This document shows positions 49,532 through 62,044 of a stretch of 64,000 nucleotides of DNA, one piece after another (within the stretch, counting starts at the first letter, position 1; every line of letters begins with the position of its first letter). The notes beneath the pieces were generated by a model that saw nothing but the letters and a program-made list of their open reading frames with translations, had not been told where the DNA came from and did not search any database. The position numbers and the translations under genes are program-made. The DNA comes from Dendrobates tinctorius (Eukaryota). The DNA is taken from NCBI RefSeq assembly GCF_039654945.1, contig NW_027362017.1, positions 1,798,001-1,862,000 of the forward strand, read 5' to 3'.

Positions 49532-51274
49532 GCTGCTAGCATGTACATATATTACATTACTGATCCTGTATTATACTCTAGAGCTGCACTCACTATTCTA
49601 TTATATAATTGATGTCACGGTGTGTTATTGGTTGCAGTGCACATTGATGGACACATTTATTCTAGTTTCCTTCATACAGATTGAGTCTTTTTCTAACAGA
49701 CCACAAGTAGAATAACTGGGAGGTCACTGGAGCCCTGTGCGGTTTACACTGGTTCCCACATAAGAGTTATTCCAAGGACACAGCTGCAGCACTGACCCAC
49801 AGCAGAACAGGGTAGGACATCACCATCTAGTGTTAATTTATGTGTACTGCATTGAAGTGTAGTTTTATTTAGTATTTCAAGTATTGGAAAACCATTAGCT
49901 ATTTTTTTTTTCAAAAACTTAGCTACACCTGTTCACAGGCCATGTGTGGTATTGCAGCTCCCGTTCATACACTTTCATGGAGCTGAGCTGCCCAATCGCA
50001 AACAACCCAATGATGGGTAGGTCAGGACAAAGCAGCTGTTTTCTTCCTAATTTTCTATAACCTCTTTCATTGCTAAAAACAAAGTTATACTCAAACTGAT
50101 CAGTTTATAGAGGATGCACTAATGTGAAAATCAAGCTCATGTCCTGCTAATAACAAGTATTTAATTGAAGGTTTGTGCTGCCACCTACTGGAGGTATATA
50201 AGTATAACATACCAAATAATCTGCTGATTGGTTCCAATTACCATCATTTGTATTAGATTTCTGTGAGTATGGGGAATGTATAGAAAAAAGATCACTTATT
50301 GCCTATGCTCATGTGATGTCTTTTTTAAGCTTAATAACGCCGGCCGGAGTATTACAGAAAAATGTTTGTGTCAAATGGTAAAAGACATATGGTTTGTATT
50401 ATTGTGGTGGCACTATCATTCATATGTAGGAGGAGGAGTCCCCGCTGTGTAACCGGGCCGGAACCAAGGGGACTGTCTCCAAGGTTTGTAGGGGGACTGT
50501 TTCCGGGGGACATAATTAGGGGACGGAACACAGAGTTCTAGAAGGGATGGGGGTGTAGCCAGTATAAAAAGGGCTGAGTACGCCAGCAGGGGGCACTCGA
50601 CGGAGCAGGAGAGAAGGAGCAGGGAAGCTAGAGGGCGCCAGAGCCAGAGCAAGAAGAAGAGAGAAGCGACTGGAGGGACTGAAGGGAGACTCACCGCAGA
50701 CAGGAGAGAGATGACACCGAGCGCCCGACAACGCTCCTAGCGGGCGCTACAGCTCGGCTCCGGCCCGCGGCTTGTTCGCGGCCGCCTGCTGCTGCCGCTG
50801 CCCGTCCCCAGCTTCTGGCTGCGGCCAAGACCTTCCGGTCCCCAGGCAATGCCGTCCCGCCTCCGCTGGGAGGGGCAACGCAGAGGAACTCTTCAGGGGC
50901 CTGCTGTGCCCCGCTTCGCCTGGGCGTAGGAAATCTCGGCCAGATCCTCATCGGCTGGTCCCAGCGGCTGAAACACCGAATCAGCACCGACCACCACTCT
51001 GTCAGACATCAGAGAGGATAAGTGACACGTTGTAGTTAATACCCAGGACCCGTAGTCGGCCATACCGCGGCCCTATAGTGACCCGTCTTGACTGGGTAGT
51101 CGTGTTCTTGCTACCAGTGTATTCTTGTTTTGATCCCTGCGAGGATAACTGTTGTTAGCTTGTTGGCTGCACAAGATAGCCCCTATAGGTATGCATATAT
51201 ATAAAAGTTACATCTTAAGTTCATCCCGTCTCCCGTCTTGTCTCTGCATCCCGCGTGCCTGCGATTGCTACATT

Positions 51275-51292
51275 TGGCGTAGTCGGCAGGAT
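51275..51292 (+). promoter_or_regulatory. Primer-binding site TGGCGTAGTCGGCAGGAT, tRNA-Ser(AGA/TGA)
   Basis: 18-nt complement of the vertebrate tRNA-Ser 3' end ATCCTGCCGACTACGCCA (recalled sequence). Confidence 0.85.
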
Positions 51293-52045
51293 GCAGTCTC
51301 CGAGCGCGAGCGGAGATGCCGCAGACCAATGAGGGGCCGTGGACTCGGGGGGCAACGATGGCCCCCGGTCCAGTATTTCCTTGGGGGCTATGCTAAGCAA
51401 CCTGCCTAGGTTCTCTGGCATCAATGCCATGCTGTGGAGCTGGATGAAACGGATACGCGGGCTATTTAGAATGCATCAGATGACCCCCGACTTAGAAGCA
51501 GAGGTGGCCCTTTTGGCATTGGACGGGGAGGCCCAGGATTCCATAATGTTAAGACCCCCAGGACAGCGCAACTCCTTTGTTAGGGTCTTACTGATATTGG
51601 AGGAGACTCATGGGGACCCGACGAATGTGGGGGAGCTGAGAACCCGGTTGTTCAGTCATATGCAAGGGGAAGGGGAGACAGTCACCCAGTACATGAACGT
51701 CCTTCAGGAGTTATACACAGCCATCGAGCGGAAGGACAGCGTAGGTGTGGGACCCATCGACATCATCCTACATGACCTTTTAGTGACCAGACTCAAAAAC
51801 CCTCTGACTAACCAGGCATTACGGGAGCAGGTCCAGGTAAATCCGCGTATGGCTTTCTCCGAGGTGGGGAGTCAGGCGCGCGCGCGGGAGCAGGAACAGG
51901 GGCTGACAGTCCCCGTGGGGAAGGTCCGGAGCACGGAAGTCTCCATGAATGCCATTGGAGAGCCCAAATGGGTGGAAGAAATGAAATGGGAGCTGAAGAA
52001 CATCAGGGGCGAGCTGGCCGAGGTGAAGAGAAGGGCCGACTCCGT
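51291..52045 (+). pseudogene. PNMA-like Gypsy gag, truncated
   Basis: ATG at 51291, in-frame TGA at 51330, then LPRFSG...ALLALDGEAQ...QGEGETVTQY; ends at the junction into LTR sequence. Confidence 0.8.
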
Positions 52046-52687
52046 TAGAGGGCGCCAGAGAGCCAGAGCCAGAGCAAGATGAAGAGAGCAGTGACTGGAG
52101 GGACTGAAGGGAGACTCACCGCAGACAGGAGGGAGACGGCACCGAGCCGTCCAGCAGAGAGACATCAACCACCCGACTGCGCTCCTCGCGGCCGCCACCG
52201 CCCGACTCCAGCCCGCCGCTGTGGCCCATCCGCTGCCGCCCGCGGCCGCCGCCCCACTCCAGCCCGCGGCTGCAGCCTGTCCGCTGCTGCCCGCGGCCGC
52301 CACCGCCCCACTTGCGGCCGTCGCTGCCCGTCCCCAGCTTGTGGCTGCGGCCTACACCTTCTGGTCCCCGGACAACTCCGTCCCGCCTCCGCCGGGAGGC
52401 GCAACGCAGAGGAACTCTTCAGGGGCCTGCTGTGCCCCTGCTTCGCCTGGGCATAGGAACGCCCGAAGTCTCCGCCAGATCCTTGTCGGCTGGGCCCAGC
52501 GACTGAAACACTGAAGCAGCACCGACCACCACTCTGCCGGACATCAGAGAGGATAAGTGACACATTGTAGTTAATACCCAGGACCCGTAGTCGGCCATAC
52601 CGCGGCCCTATAGTTACCGGTTTTGACCGGGTAGTCGTGTTCGCGTTACCAGTGTATTCTTGTTTTGATCCCTGCGAGGATAACTGT

Positions 52688-53806
52688 CCGTGGCCCTGGG
52701 TGTCCATGTAAAATAGTTGGAATTGAATAAAGTTCATATGTAGATAATTTGTGATGCCACCTGTGGTACTCAGCAATGAAGATGTTAAGCCGACGCTGCG
52801 GTTCAGATCCTCTGGGACAGATGGTATAAGGCAGCCAAGATGGAATAGCTGTCCACAGGTAGAGCTGTTGTCCCAGGGCAGTAGTAGCAGGTGTTGAGGT
52901 AGATGGTGTAGTGTTAGGCACAGAGATGTAGCAGTGATGAGTCGGTTGGCGCAGGAAGAAGGCAATGACACAGCTGAATGCAGTTCCAATTCTTTTACTC
53001 ACGTTTCTGGCACAGACAGGTACCCGCTTCAGTGCCGCAGCCTCCAGGTCAGGGACTCAGCCAACTCCCAGGCAGATGGAATACACCCTTCCAGCACTCC
53101 CTTTCGTGTGCCTTTTCTGAACGTCTCCTTTCTAGCGCTAATCTGAAGTACTTGTAGTTCTGAATTACACTCAAGTTCCTCCTTCTTGATGTTACTCATA
53201 CCTCCACTCATATGACAGGCAGCTGTAGCCTGCTTCGGGGACTCCATACAATCATGTCCCAGCTCACACATGTTGCTGCTGCGTCTTCGAGTCTTAGGTG
53301 GGAATGAAGTGGTCACAACTTCTATTCCTCCGGTTTCTGCTGCAGGATCATTAGTGTTACAGCCTCGGATACCGGCGCCCGGCCTTGGCGCATTAAACTT
53401 AGGAAAGGGCTCTGCACTAGCCCTAGTCCCCAGTCTCTCTTCTCCTCACGTTCTGTTCTTATCTATCTTCCTTCTGAACAACTGATCCTTCCTTCTTTCT
53501 CTTTCCTTGCCAACAACTCCAGCTCATAGGGAGCTGCTGCAAACACGTCCTCTCTCCATCCCCCTCCAGGGATTCTCTGACTAACTTACTGTCAGCTTTC
53601 CCCTCTAGTGTTTCTAAGCTCCACCCAGCACCCTTCATGAACCAAAGCAGCTGCCATAAATGGTGCTCTGCTGTTCTAAGGTGTCTGTGCTGGATGTAGG
53701 TGCTGGTGTCAGGTCAGGTGTTACCATCTTACCTGGGAAGTGGGATACTACACCTCAGGAGGAGGTGCAGTACCTCTGTGGCGACTGAACCCTCAGGGGC
53801 GCCACA
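52688..53806 (-). mobile_element. Antisense LTR of the TGTGGCGCCC family, lacking the last ~80 bp of U5
   Basis: Ends AGGGGCGCCACA at 53806; colinear with 56340-57619 and 62125-63190. Confidence 0.85.
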
Positions 53807-53955
53807 CTAACTCCTCCCCCTCAGTATGTATCTGCCTCTAACTCCTCCCCCCTCAGAATGTGTCTGCCTCTAACTCCTCTCCCTCAGTATGTCTCTGCCT
53901 CTAGCTCCTCCCTCTCTGTGTCTACCTCTAGCTCCTCCCCTCTGTGTTGTGTCTG
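53807..53955. repeat. Short tandem repeat of about 30 bp (CTAACTCCTCCCCCTCAGTATGTrTCTGCCT)
   Basis: 4-5 copies between two back-to-back LTR starts. Confidence 0.85.
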
Positions 53956-54956
53956 TGTGGCGCCCCCAGGAGTATGGCCACCACAGTGACTTTGCCTTCC
54001 TCCAGGGGGGGTGATATCATGCTTGGAAGCAGTGAAGGGTCTCTCTTGCAGTTAACCTATACATGCAACACAGTTCCACTCCAGGCCAGCAGGGGGGACT
54101 CTGAACCGGAATAGAGGGGAGGAGTGCTCTCTGAGGGCCAAGAGGAAGGAGTGGTCAGTTAGTGTGAGGAGGTCCACGTGTGCAGACGTGTGGAGAGAGA
54201 CTGGTGGTTGAGCTGAGGAAAGAGAGCTCCCTCTTAGTGAGAGCGCATGAACTGGAGCCTGGTCTCCACGGGTGTATGGATACTGACGGTCCTGCACCAG
54301 AAACCAGAGGAGTAGGAGGCTGTAAATGCCCTACTCTCGTCTAAAACTTGGAGGCACAACAGCACGGAATGAGCCAAGAGATGTATACAGCTAAAGCTGT
54401 CTGCCATACGAGGAGTGCTAGTAGAAGAGAATTAGGAGGAACTTCAGTGTAACTCAGTACTAGGAGTACTTCATTCAAATAAGCGCTAGGAAGGAGACTG
54501 CACAGCCCATCTGCTGAGAGAGAATCCTGAGCTGCTTCCAGGCTAGCCTGCTCCGGTACCATCTGTAATTAGGACCCTGGACTGCATTTATCAAGTAAAG
54601 GTACAGAAACTGCACCCCGCTGTGTCCTTGTCTGCTTCCTACCCTTCCGGCACTGTTACATCCCCATGCCAACCACATCTGCACTGCCCTGGGACTACAG
54701 CTTCACCTGTGGGGAGCTTTTACATCTTTGCTGCACCATCCCATCAGTCCCAGTGGATCTGCATGCAGCGTCGGCTTAACATCTCACTTGCCGAACACCA
54801 TAGGTGGCGTCACGAACTATTCCATTCACTACATTCTAACATTCAATTTCCCCCATTAATTGGGCGCCCAGGGCCATGGACCGGGTCACCGCTGCTGTGA
54901 CACATCCCACCGGCCCGGTACCGAGTACCCCACAGCCCTGGGAGGGCGACCCAACT

Positions 54957-54974
54957 TGGCGTCACGAACAGGAT
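54957..54974 (+). promoter_or_regulatory. Primer-binding site TGGCGTCACGAACAGGAT, tRNA-Ser(CGA)
   Basis: 18-nt complement of a vertebrate tRNA-Ser(CGA) 3' end ATCCTGTTCGTGACGCCA (recalled sequence). Confidence 0.8.
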
Positions 54975-55272
54975 TACGGAGCCCGGTACCCCCCCGGGTC
55001 CTGTGTGCCATAGACTGTGTTTGTGTAAAAGACTGTGTGAAATTGGCGCCAATTGCCGCCATTGGCGCGCGCGGGAAGAAAAGGGGCATGCCTTCGTGGG
55101 CGGAGCCTGCCACAGAGCGCAAAGAAGTGAAGTACCGCGCGGGAAGAGAGGACAGCGCGTGAGAAGTGGGAGGAGCTGAGGCCTACAGCCCGGAGCGTCG
55201 GACCTGCAAAGCGGCCGCCGGTGAACTCACACAACCCCCGGCCCCGGCTAACGTTAAATGGGGGGGAAGAGA

Positions 55273-57678
55273 ATGTCTGCACTGAGCAGCAATGCAGCGG
55301 CGGACGCCGTTGCCAACCCTGCAGCACCGCAGGGAGGAGCGCCCGCCGCAGCGGTCTCCATAATGCTGCTGTCTATGCCCTATATACCGTGAGCGGCCTG
55401 GCTACCGCAGTACTCGGGTGAGTCACATACCCTGAGTGAATTTAAAGAGAGACTGTGCAGTTTGTTTAAAGTATACCCTCTGTCTGAAAGCCAGAAAGTG
55501 AATATCCTTATTGGACAGCTAACGGGTGCAGCACAGAGAGAGGTGAAAGCCTGGCAGGACACTGACAAAGAGACTGTTCAAAAGATTCTAGCCAAGCTGA
55601 GAAGCACCTTTGACACCAGCATTGCAGCTGAAATCAAGATGCGATTCTTTGGATGTAAGCAGAGAGCGCAGGACTGTATCAGGGACTATGCTTTTAACCT
55701 ACAGGAGGCGCTGCGGGCAGTTAAGCAAGTTGATCCTGACAGTGTGAAGGAGGATGATAAACTTTTAAAGGAGTTGTTCATTGAAGGACTCCTATCCAGT
55801 ACCCACAGAGGACAGTTGCGCATCATAACCCTGCAAAACCCTGATCTATACTTTGCTGATTTTAAGGACAGGGCTATTCGGGTCCTGCAGGAATCAACTG
55901 ACAGCCGTCCAGCGCCCCCTAGGCGCCCAGCGATCACCTACCACCAGGAAGCAACATCTTTTCCTTCCATCCCTGTGGAGGCTGATGCACAGACTCTGGA
56001 TAAAGATCCTACAGAAGAGCTGCGTCTTCAGGTCCAGGAGTTGACCAGGGGAATGGCTGCACTTACTAAAACCGTGCAGTCCCTGCAGGTGTCCTCCAAG
56101 GAGAAGATCCAGCTTGCTTCCAGTCCAGAGGATGTCCCGTGGCACCGGAGGAGGAGGGCCCCGCCACTTCGAGGGAGGAACAACGACCGCTATGACCAGG
56201 ACGGACATCCCATCTGTCGTCGCTGCTGCAAGGCAGGTCATCTTGCAAGTGGGTCGCCCTCGCTTCACCCAGGGCTGTGGGGTACTCGGTACCGGGCCAG
56301 TTTCAGGGGGATGTGTTACAGCAGCGGTGACCCGTTCCATGGCCCTGGGGCCCAATATCAATGGCGGTGATGTTTGTAGTGTAATTTATATGGAAAGTTC
56401 GTGACGCCACCCGTGATGCTAGGCAAGCAAGATGGCAAGCCAACGCTGCCTGCAGATCCACTGGGACCGATGGTGCAATGCAGCAAAGGCGGTACAGCTC
56501 CCCACAGGTAGAGCTGCAGTCCCAGGGCAGTGTATAGGTGTGATGGATGAGTAGAGGCACCAAACGGTGTAGATGTTAATACCCCAATGTGGCGGTGCTG
56601 ATGCGGAAAGGAATGGAGGACACCAGAGCTTGCAGTTTCAAAGCTTTACTCACAGTTCGTAGTGCACACAGGTGCCTGCTTCGGTACCATGTCCTCCGAG
56701 GCAGAGGCCCAGCCAACCTCCAGGCAAGATAGGACTCTCCCCACCAGCGCTCCGCCAACATGTGCCTTCCTGAACGACTCCTCTATTGCGCCTTTTAGTA
56801 TGAAGAGCTCCAGCAACATGGTTATCTGAAGTTCCTCCTGTCAGATGTTCCTAACAACTCTCACTTGTATGACAGACAGCTGTAGCCTGCTTCGGGGACT
56901 CCCTTCTCCTGAATCCCGGCTCTCTATCAGTTTGCTGTTGTGTCCCAAGTCTTTGAAGGGAGTAGTGCATTTACAGCCAACTACTCCACCGGTGTCTGCT
57001 GCAGAACCATAAGTGTCCGTACAACCTCGGGGACCGGGCCCCGGCCTTGCGCTGAGAACCTATAGGCAGGGTTCCTATCCAACCCACTCCTCCTCTCTGT
57101 TCTCTCTCCCCTTTGTTCCGTACTTGTCTTTCTCTCTCTTATGGAAATGCAGGTTACAGTTCTACGTCTCTCCTTCTCTTTCCTTTCCCGTGCCAGCTGG
57201 CTCAGGTCACTGAGGCAGCTGCAGCACTCCTTCCTCCATCCCTTCTTCCATGGACTTCCACTCCTCACTCAGTGGCTTCCTTCCCGACCGACCTTCTGGC
57301 AGACTGTCCCCCTAAGGGACTGACCTCCTGTCAGACTGTCCCCCTCAGGGACTGACCTGTAATTCTATCTTTCCCCTTCTTTTTATACTATCTCCACCCA
57401 TCTCCCAGCACATCTCGTGTTACGAAGCAGGATCCCACAATAGGTGCTCTGCTACACCCTGAGCCTAAAGCTACAATGTGGTCCTGCTGAACTATCCTGT
57501 GTGTGGGATGCAGGTGATGGAGTGTGGCAAGGAGTTCCCACCTTACCTGGATGGTGGGGCACTACACCTTAGGAGAAGGTGCAGTACCTCTGTGGCGACT
57601 GAGCCTCAGGGGCGCCACACAAGATTTTGTCCTTTAAACGAGCAACCCCTGGGGCAGAGGGCCAACCTCCAGGAGTAG
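55273..57678 (+). pseudogene. gag (PNMA-like capsid + CCHC), split by a solo LTR
   Basis: MPYIP*AAWLPQYSG..., ORF 55462-56249. Removing 56250-57623 restores CRRCCKAGHLARFC and the gag stop at 57676-78. Confidence 0.88.
56250..57619 (-). mobile_element. Antisense solo LTR of the same family inserted in the gag zinc knuckle
   Basis: TGGGTCGCCC...GGGCGCCACA termini, 4-bp TSD CAAG (56246-49 and 57620-23). Confidence 0.93.
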
Positions 57679-57691
57679 GACCACAAGGCCC
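57633..57691 (+). promoter_or_regulatory. -1 frameshift signal T TTA AAC + predicted pseudoknot
   Basis: Heptamer is in the gag phase and the pol ORF is in the -1 frame. Stem 57648-54/57667-73; GGGCC 57659-63 pairs with GGCCC 57687-91. Confidence 0.7.
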
Positions 57692-60600
57692 AAGGAACTG
57701 GCGAGCCAAGTATGTTGGAGGAAGACCGATCCTTTCTGTGGTGATTGACGGCATCCCCATGAACGCTTTGCTGGACACTGGCTCCCAGGTGACCACCATG
57801 CCCTATATCCTCTACAAGCAGTATTGGGCTGATTCTGAACTCACCCGTGGCCCAACTGATGAACTAACAGTAGTTGCCAGTAATGGCCAGTCTTTGCCAC
57901 AGATAGGATGTAAGGACATTACTGTTAAAGTGGGGAGGGTGGAGTTGAAATCTCAAGGTCTGATAGTTGATCGACGTGAATGTAATCCCATGATGACACT
58001 TGGTACAAATGCAATTGAATTGTCTTTCCGAGGTAATTGTCTTGTTGCAACAGGTGGCTGAGACTGCTGGTTCCAGTGAACAACGAGTCCTGCAGAAGGA
58101 GATCAAGGCCCTGATGCAAAGAGAACAGGTAGAACTCTCTGGCAGAGAAATTGGTAGTGTCAGAGTGAGTGATGCTTTCCCCATTGCAATACCCCCCAGA
58201 TGTGAAATGTTGATTTGGTGTCGGGCAGCCATAGGCCTCAGAGGGAAAGATTACCAGGCTTTGGTAGAACCAGTATATTCTGATAGCAGGCCCACTGTCC
58301 TGACAGCCAGAGGGGTAGTTGATGTACGTAAAGGGAGAGTACCTGTACGCCTTTTGAATTGTGGGGAGGAGGAGGCCACAATACCTCGGTACGCCACAGT
58401 TGCTAAGCTGCTCACTGTTAATAACAACTCTTTGCAGGCAGCAGAGCCCTTGGTCTCATCCGATCAGGTGGAGGACAATGGCTCTGTGAAGCAGATGGAG
58501 GAGTGATGCCAGCAACTGCAGGTGGGGACTGACTCTACACCTTCATACCAAAAAAAATGGGGTTTACAGAGTGACACAAGAATATGAGCGGGTATTCAGT
58601 AAACACCCACTAGATTTTGGGCAGGCAAAAGGGGTTCAACATCATATCCCCACTGGAGATCATCCAACCATTAAAGAAAGGTACCGGCCTATACCCCCAA
58701 CACAATACCAATGTGCTAAAGGTATGTTGAGAGAGATGAAGGAAGCTGGGGTTATCAAAGACAGTTGTAGCCCCTGGGCAGCTCCAATAGTTTTTGTAAA
58801 GAAAAAGGATGGTACCATGAGAATGTGTGTTGATTACAGAAAAATTAACAGTATTACACATAAAGATGCCTACCCATTACCCAGAATTGAAGAGCCATTA
58901 GCTGCACTTAAAACTGATAACTACTTTTCCACCTTGGATCTCACTAGTGGGTATTGGCAGGTTTCCATGGCAGAGGCAGACAAGGAGAAAACAGCATGTA
59001 CCACTCCAATGGGTCTCTGTGAGTTCAACTATATGCCATTCGGGCTCTGCACCGCCCCAGGAATATTTCAGCGGCTGATGGAGTGCTGCCTGGGACACAT
59101 GAACTTTGAGACAGTCCTGTTGTACCTTGATGATGTCATTGTTTTCTCCAAGACTTATGAAGACCATCTGGAGCACCTGGCTGAAGTGTTTGAAGCCTTG
59201 TCCAATTTTGGCCTGAAGGTGAAGCCTTCCAAATGCCACCTCCTGAAGCCCAAGGTACAGTACCTCGGTCATGTAGTGAGTGCAAAAGGTGTGGCACCAG
59301 ATCCTGACAAAGTCACAGTCATCCGGGACTGGCCAAAGCCCAGCAACCTCCATGAAGTACGCCAATTCCTCGGGTTGGTAGGCTACTACCGAAGGTTCAT
59401 CAAAGGCTTCACTGAAATAGCCAATCCTATGCAAAATCTCCTGGTGGGACAGTCCATGATGGCCAAACAGAAAAGTTCTACCTTTGAATGGACTGAGGAG
59501 TTGGAGAGGTCCTTCACCCGGCTGAAGATGGCTCTCACAGGAGATGAAGTTCTTGCCTACCCAGATTATGACAAACCATTTATGTTGTATACGGATGCCA
59601 GCAACGTGAGACTGGGAGCAGTACTGTCGCAGGTACAGAATGGCAAAGAAAGAGTGATCTCCTACGCCAGCAGGAAGCTACGCCGCACTGAGAGGAACCC
59701 TGACAACTACAGTTCCTTCAAGCTGGAGTTCCTCGCCATAGTCTGGGCTGTGACTGAAAGATTCAAGCATTACCTAGCTTCAGCCAAGTTTACAATCTTC
59801 ACAGACAACAATCCGTTGACTCACTTGGACACTGCAAAACTAGGTGCACTGGAGCAGCGATGGATGGCTCGGCTGTCTAACTATGAGTTTACCATCAAGT
59901 ACCGGGCAGGGCACAAGAATGCCAATGCTGATGCGCTGTCCAGGATGCCTAATCTGCCAGATGCAGGAGAAGACCCTGAGGCTCTTGAAGAAATATAGTT
60001 GCCTCCTTTCCACCGGCCACTTGCGGCCCAGCGTGCTCAAAGAGTGAGAAACAGACAGTCTGGCTTGAAAGAAGTCACCCTAAATCCATTGCCCCATCAT
60101 GACTGGGCAGAAACTCAGGATAGTGACCCCGCAGTCTGCCTGGTGAAGGAGCTACTGTCACAAGCTGACTCACGCCGAATGCTCCTGAAGAAACTCAGCA
60201 GTTGTGGAAGGAAAGAGGTTGGCTGTTCATTTATGAAGGAAAGCTGTGTCGGGGGAGTATCAATGTCCGCACTCATGAGCTGGTTTGGCACGTGATAGTC
60301 CCAAAGAGAGAGGCATCAATGGTCCTGGAAGCATGCCACAATGGAGCTGGACACTTCGGATGGAAGAAGTTTGAAGCATTGCTCCGGGAGAGGTTCTACT
60401 GGGCTGGTAAGAGGAAAGTCATTGAGAGGTGGTGCCAGGAGTGTGGACAATGTAACCTGTGCAGAAAGGATCGAAACAGCCGGAGAGCTCCTCTACAGCC
60501 AATCATCACCAAACAGCCACTCGAATTGGTAGCCCTGGACCATGTGAAGCTGGTTCCAAGCCGGTCAGGCTACATCTATGCTCTTACCATTGTGGATCAC

Positions 60601-61757
60601 TACTCAAGATTCCTGGTAGTTGTGCCTGTCAAAGATCAAACAGCCAGGACAGCAGCCAGAGCATTCCAACAGCACTTCTCTAGACCACATGGATATCCTG
60701 AGCAGGTGCTTACAGATCAAGGTCCCGCCTTTGAGGCAGAAGTGTTCCAGGAATTCTGTAACTTGTATGGTTGTAAGAAGATCCGGACAACACCGTATCA
60801 CCCACAGACCAATGGCATGTGTGAGAAGATGAACCAGGTAGTGATTGACCTACTGAAGACCTTGCCTTTGGAGGAGAGGAATCTGTGGCCAGAAAAGTTG
60901 CCAGATCTGGTAGACCTCTACAACCACATCCCTGTGAATTCCACCAACTGCACTCCAGCCTACCTAATGAGAGCAAGGCCTTTTAAACTGCCTATTGATT
61001 TGGACATGGGAGTCCTGACACCTGAAGTAACGTCACCAGATGCTGACTGGGACACAGAGAGGCAGCAACAGTATCGAAGAGTACAAGAATGCGTGGAAAA
61101 GAGTCTAGCTCAGGCAAGACAGAAGCAAGAAAGGCACTACAATCAGAATGCACCTGCAGTTCCCTTGTCACCAGGAGAACAAGTTCTCAAGAGGAAAAGA
61201 AGACTGCATAAGCTGGATGATCAATGGGAAGCTGAACCCTACACCATTCTACTCACAAACTTTGACAATACCAAGGGGTGCCTTATTAGTAAAGATGGAG
61301 GAAAGACGTCAACAGCAATATCAAGAGATCATTTGAAATTATGCCCTGATCAGCTAAAAGAAAGAATGGAAGAATAAGATAACATCCAACCCATAGAAAA
61401 AAAGGTCAGCACCATACTTGGAGAATTCCCTGCAAATTAAAGTAAATGATGCTATAGTGGTGCCAGTGTTGACATTTCCCAAATTGGTAGCACAGGAAGA
61501 AGTGACTCAAGAAAATCCTGAAGATCAGGAAAATCAGGCAGCAGATGCCACACCAGCGGTGGAGCCAGAGAACCCTTGCCCTGCCAGTGGTGAACCTGTT
61601 GTGCGCATGGTGAGTCTTTGAGTTCCTAGACAATCTAGTATCCCTTTGCCATGCAGAACCACCAGTAGTGTATCCAGTACATTACACACTACACCAGTGT
61701 TACGCAGGCCCACCCGTACTACACATGGTATACCACCCATTAGGTATCGTATATAGC
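57633..61757 (+). pseudogene. pol: protease, RT, RNase H, integrase; several stops and frameshifts
   Basis: LLDTGSQ, LYLDD, LYTDAS, HHCC, LDHV...TDQG...NGMCE. Broken into ORFs 57627-58061, 58000-58506, 58571-59998, 60202-61377; terminal RRPTRTTHGIPPIRY motif. Confidence 0.93.
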
Positions 61758-62044
61758 TAAGTTAATGTGAATGTTGAAATGGTATGTATATATGTAACTG
61801 TTTTTCAAGTTTTGTGCCTACAGGTAACCTGTAAGAGTTTCCTTTGAATTTGCCAGTTTTTTTTATGGACATTGTACCACAGGACTTGTGTGGTCACCAA
61901 TTTGTATATAGTTCACCATTTGCCCAGGAATGGACCATGGACATTGATGCTTGGACTTGTCACCATGTGTCCCTGGCTCTTAATCTTTCCAAGGTGTGTA
62001 TGATGCCCTCCTTCATAATTTTTACAGGATGTGTATGAGGCCTA

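Larger units (their letters stand above)
50403..52687 (+). mobile_element. Internally deleted tRNA-Ser-primed Gypsy element: 5' LTR 50403-51272, gag, partial second LTR 52046-52687
   Basis: LTR ends GCTACA, then TT and the PBS. 52046-52687 repeats about 50629-51152. Left boundary is less certain. Confidence 0.85.
53956..62044 (+). mobile_element. Gypsy LTR retrotransposon (PNMA-like gag, tRNA-Ser primed); 5' LTR 53956-54953, 3' LTR not seen
   Basis: LTR TGTGGCGCCC...GGGCGACCCA, PBS, gag, then PR-RT-RH-IN order. Confidence 0.92.

Noticed and set aside
52688-54953. Back-to-back inverted LTRs suggesting a DIRS-type element
   Set aside because: No tyrosine recombinase. The family has a DDE integrase, tRNA PBS and TSD, so these are separate insertions.
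55462-56370. 302-aa PNMA-like ORF as a domesticated gag gene
   Set aside because: It sits between an LTR/PBS and a decayed pol, has an upstream in-frame stop, and its last 40 codons are read-through into an inserted LTR.
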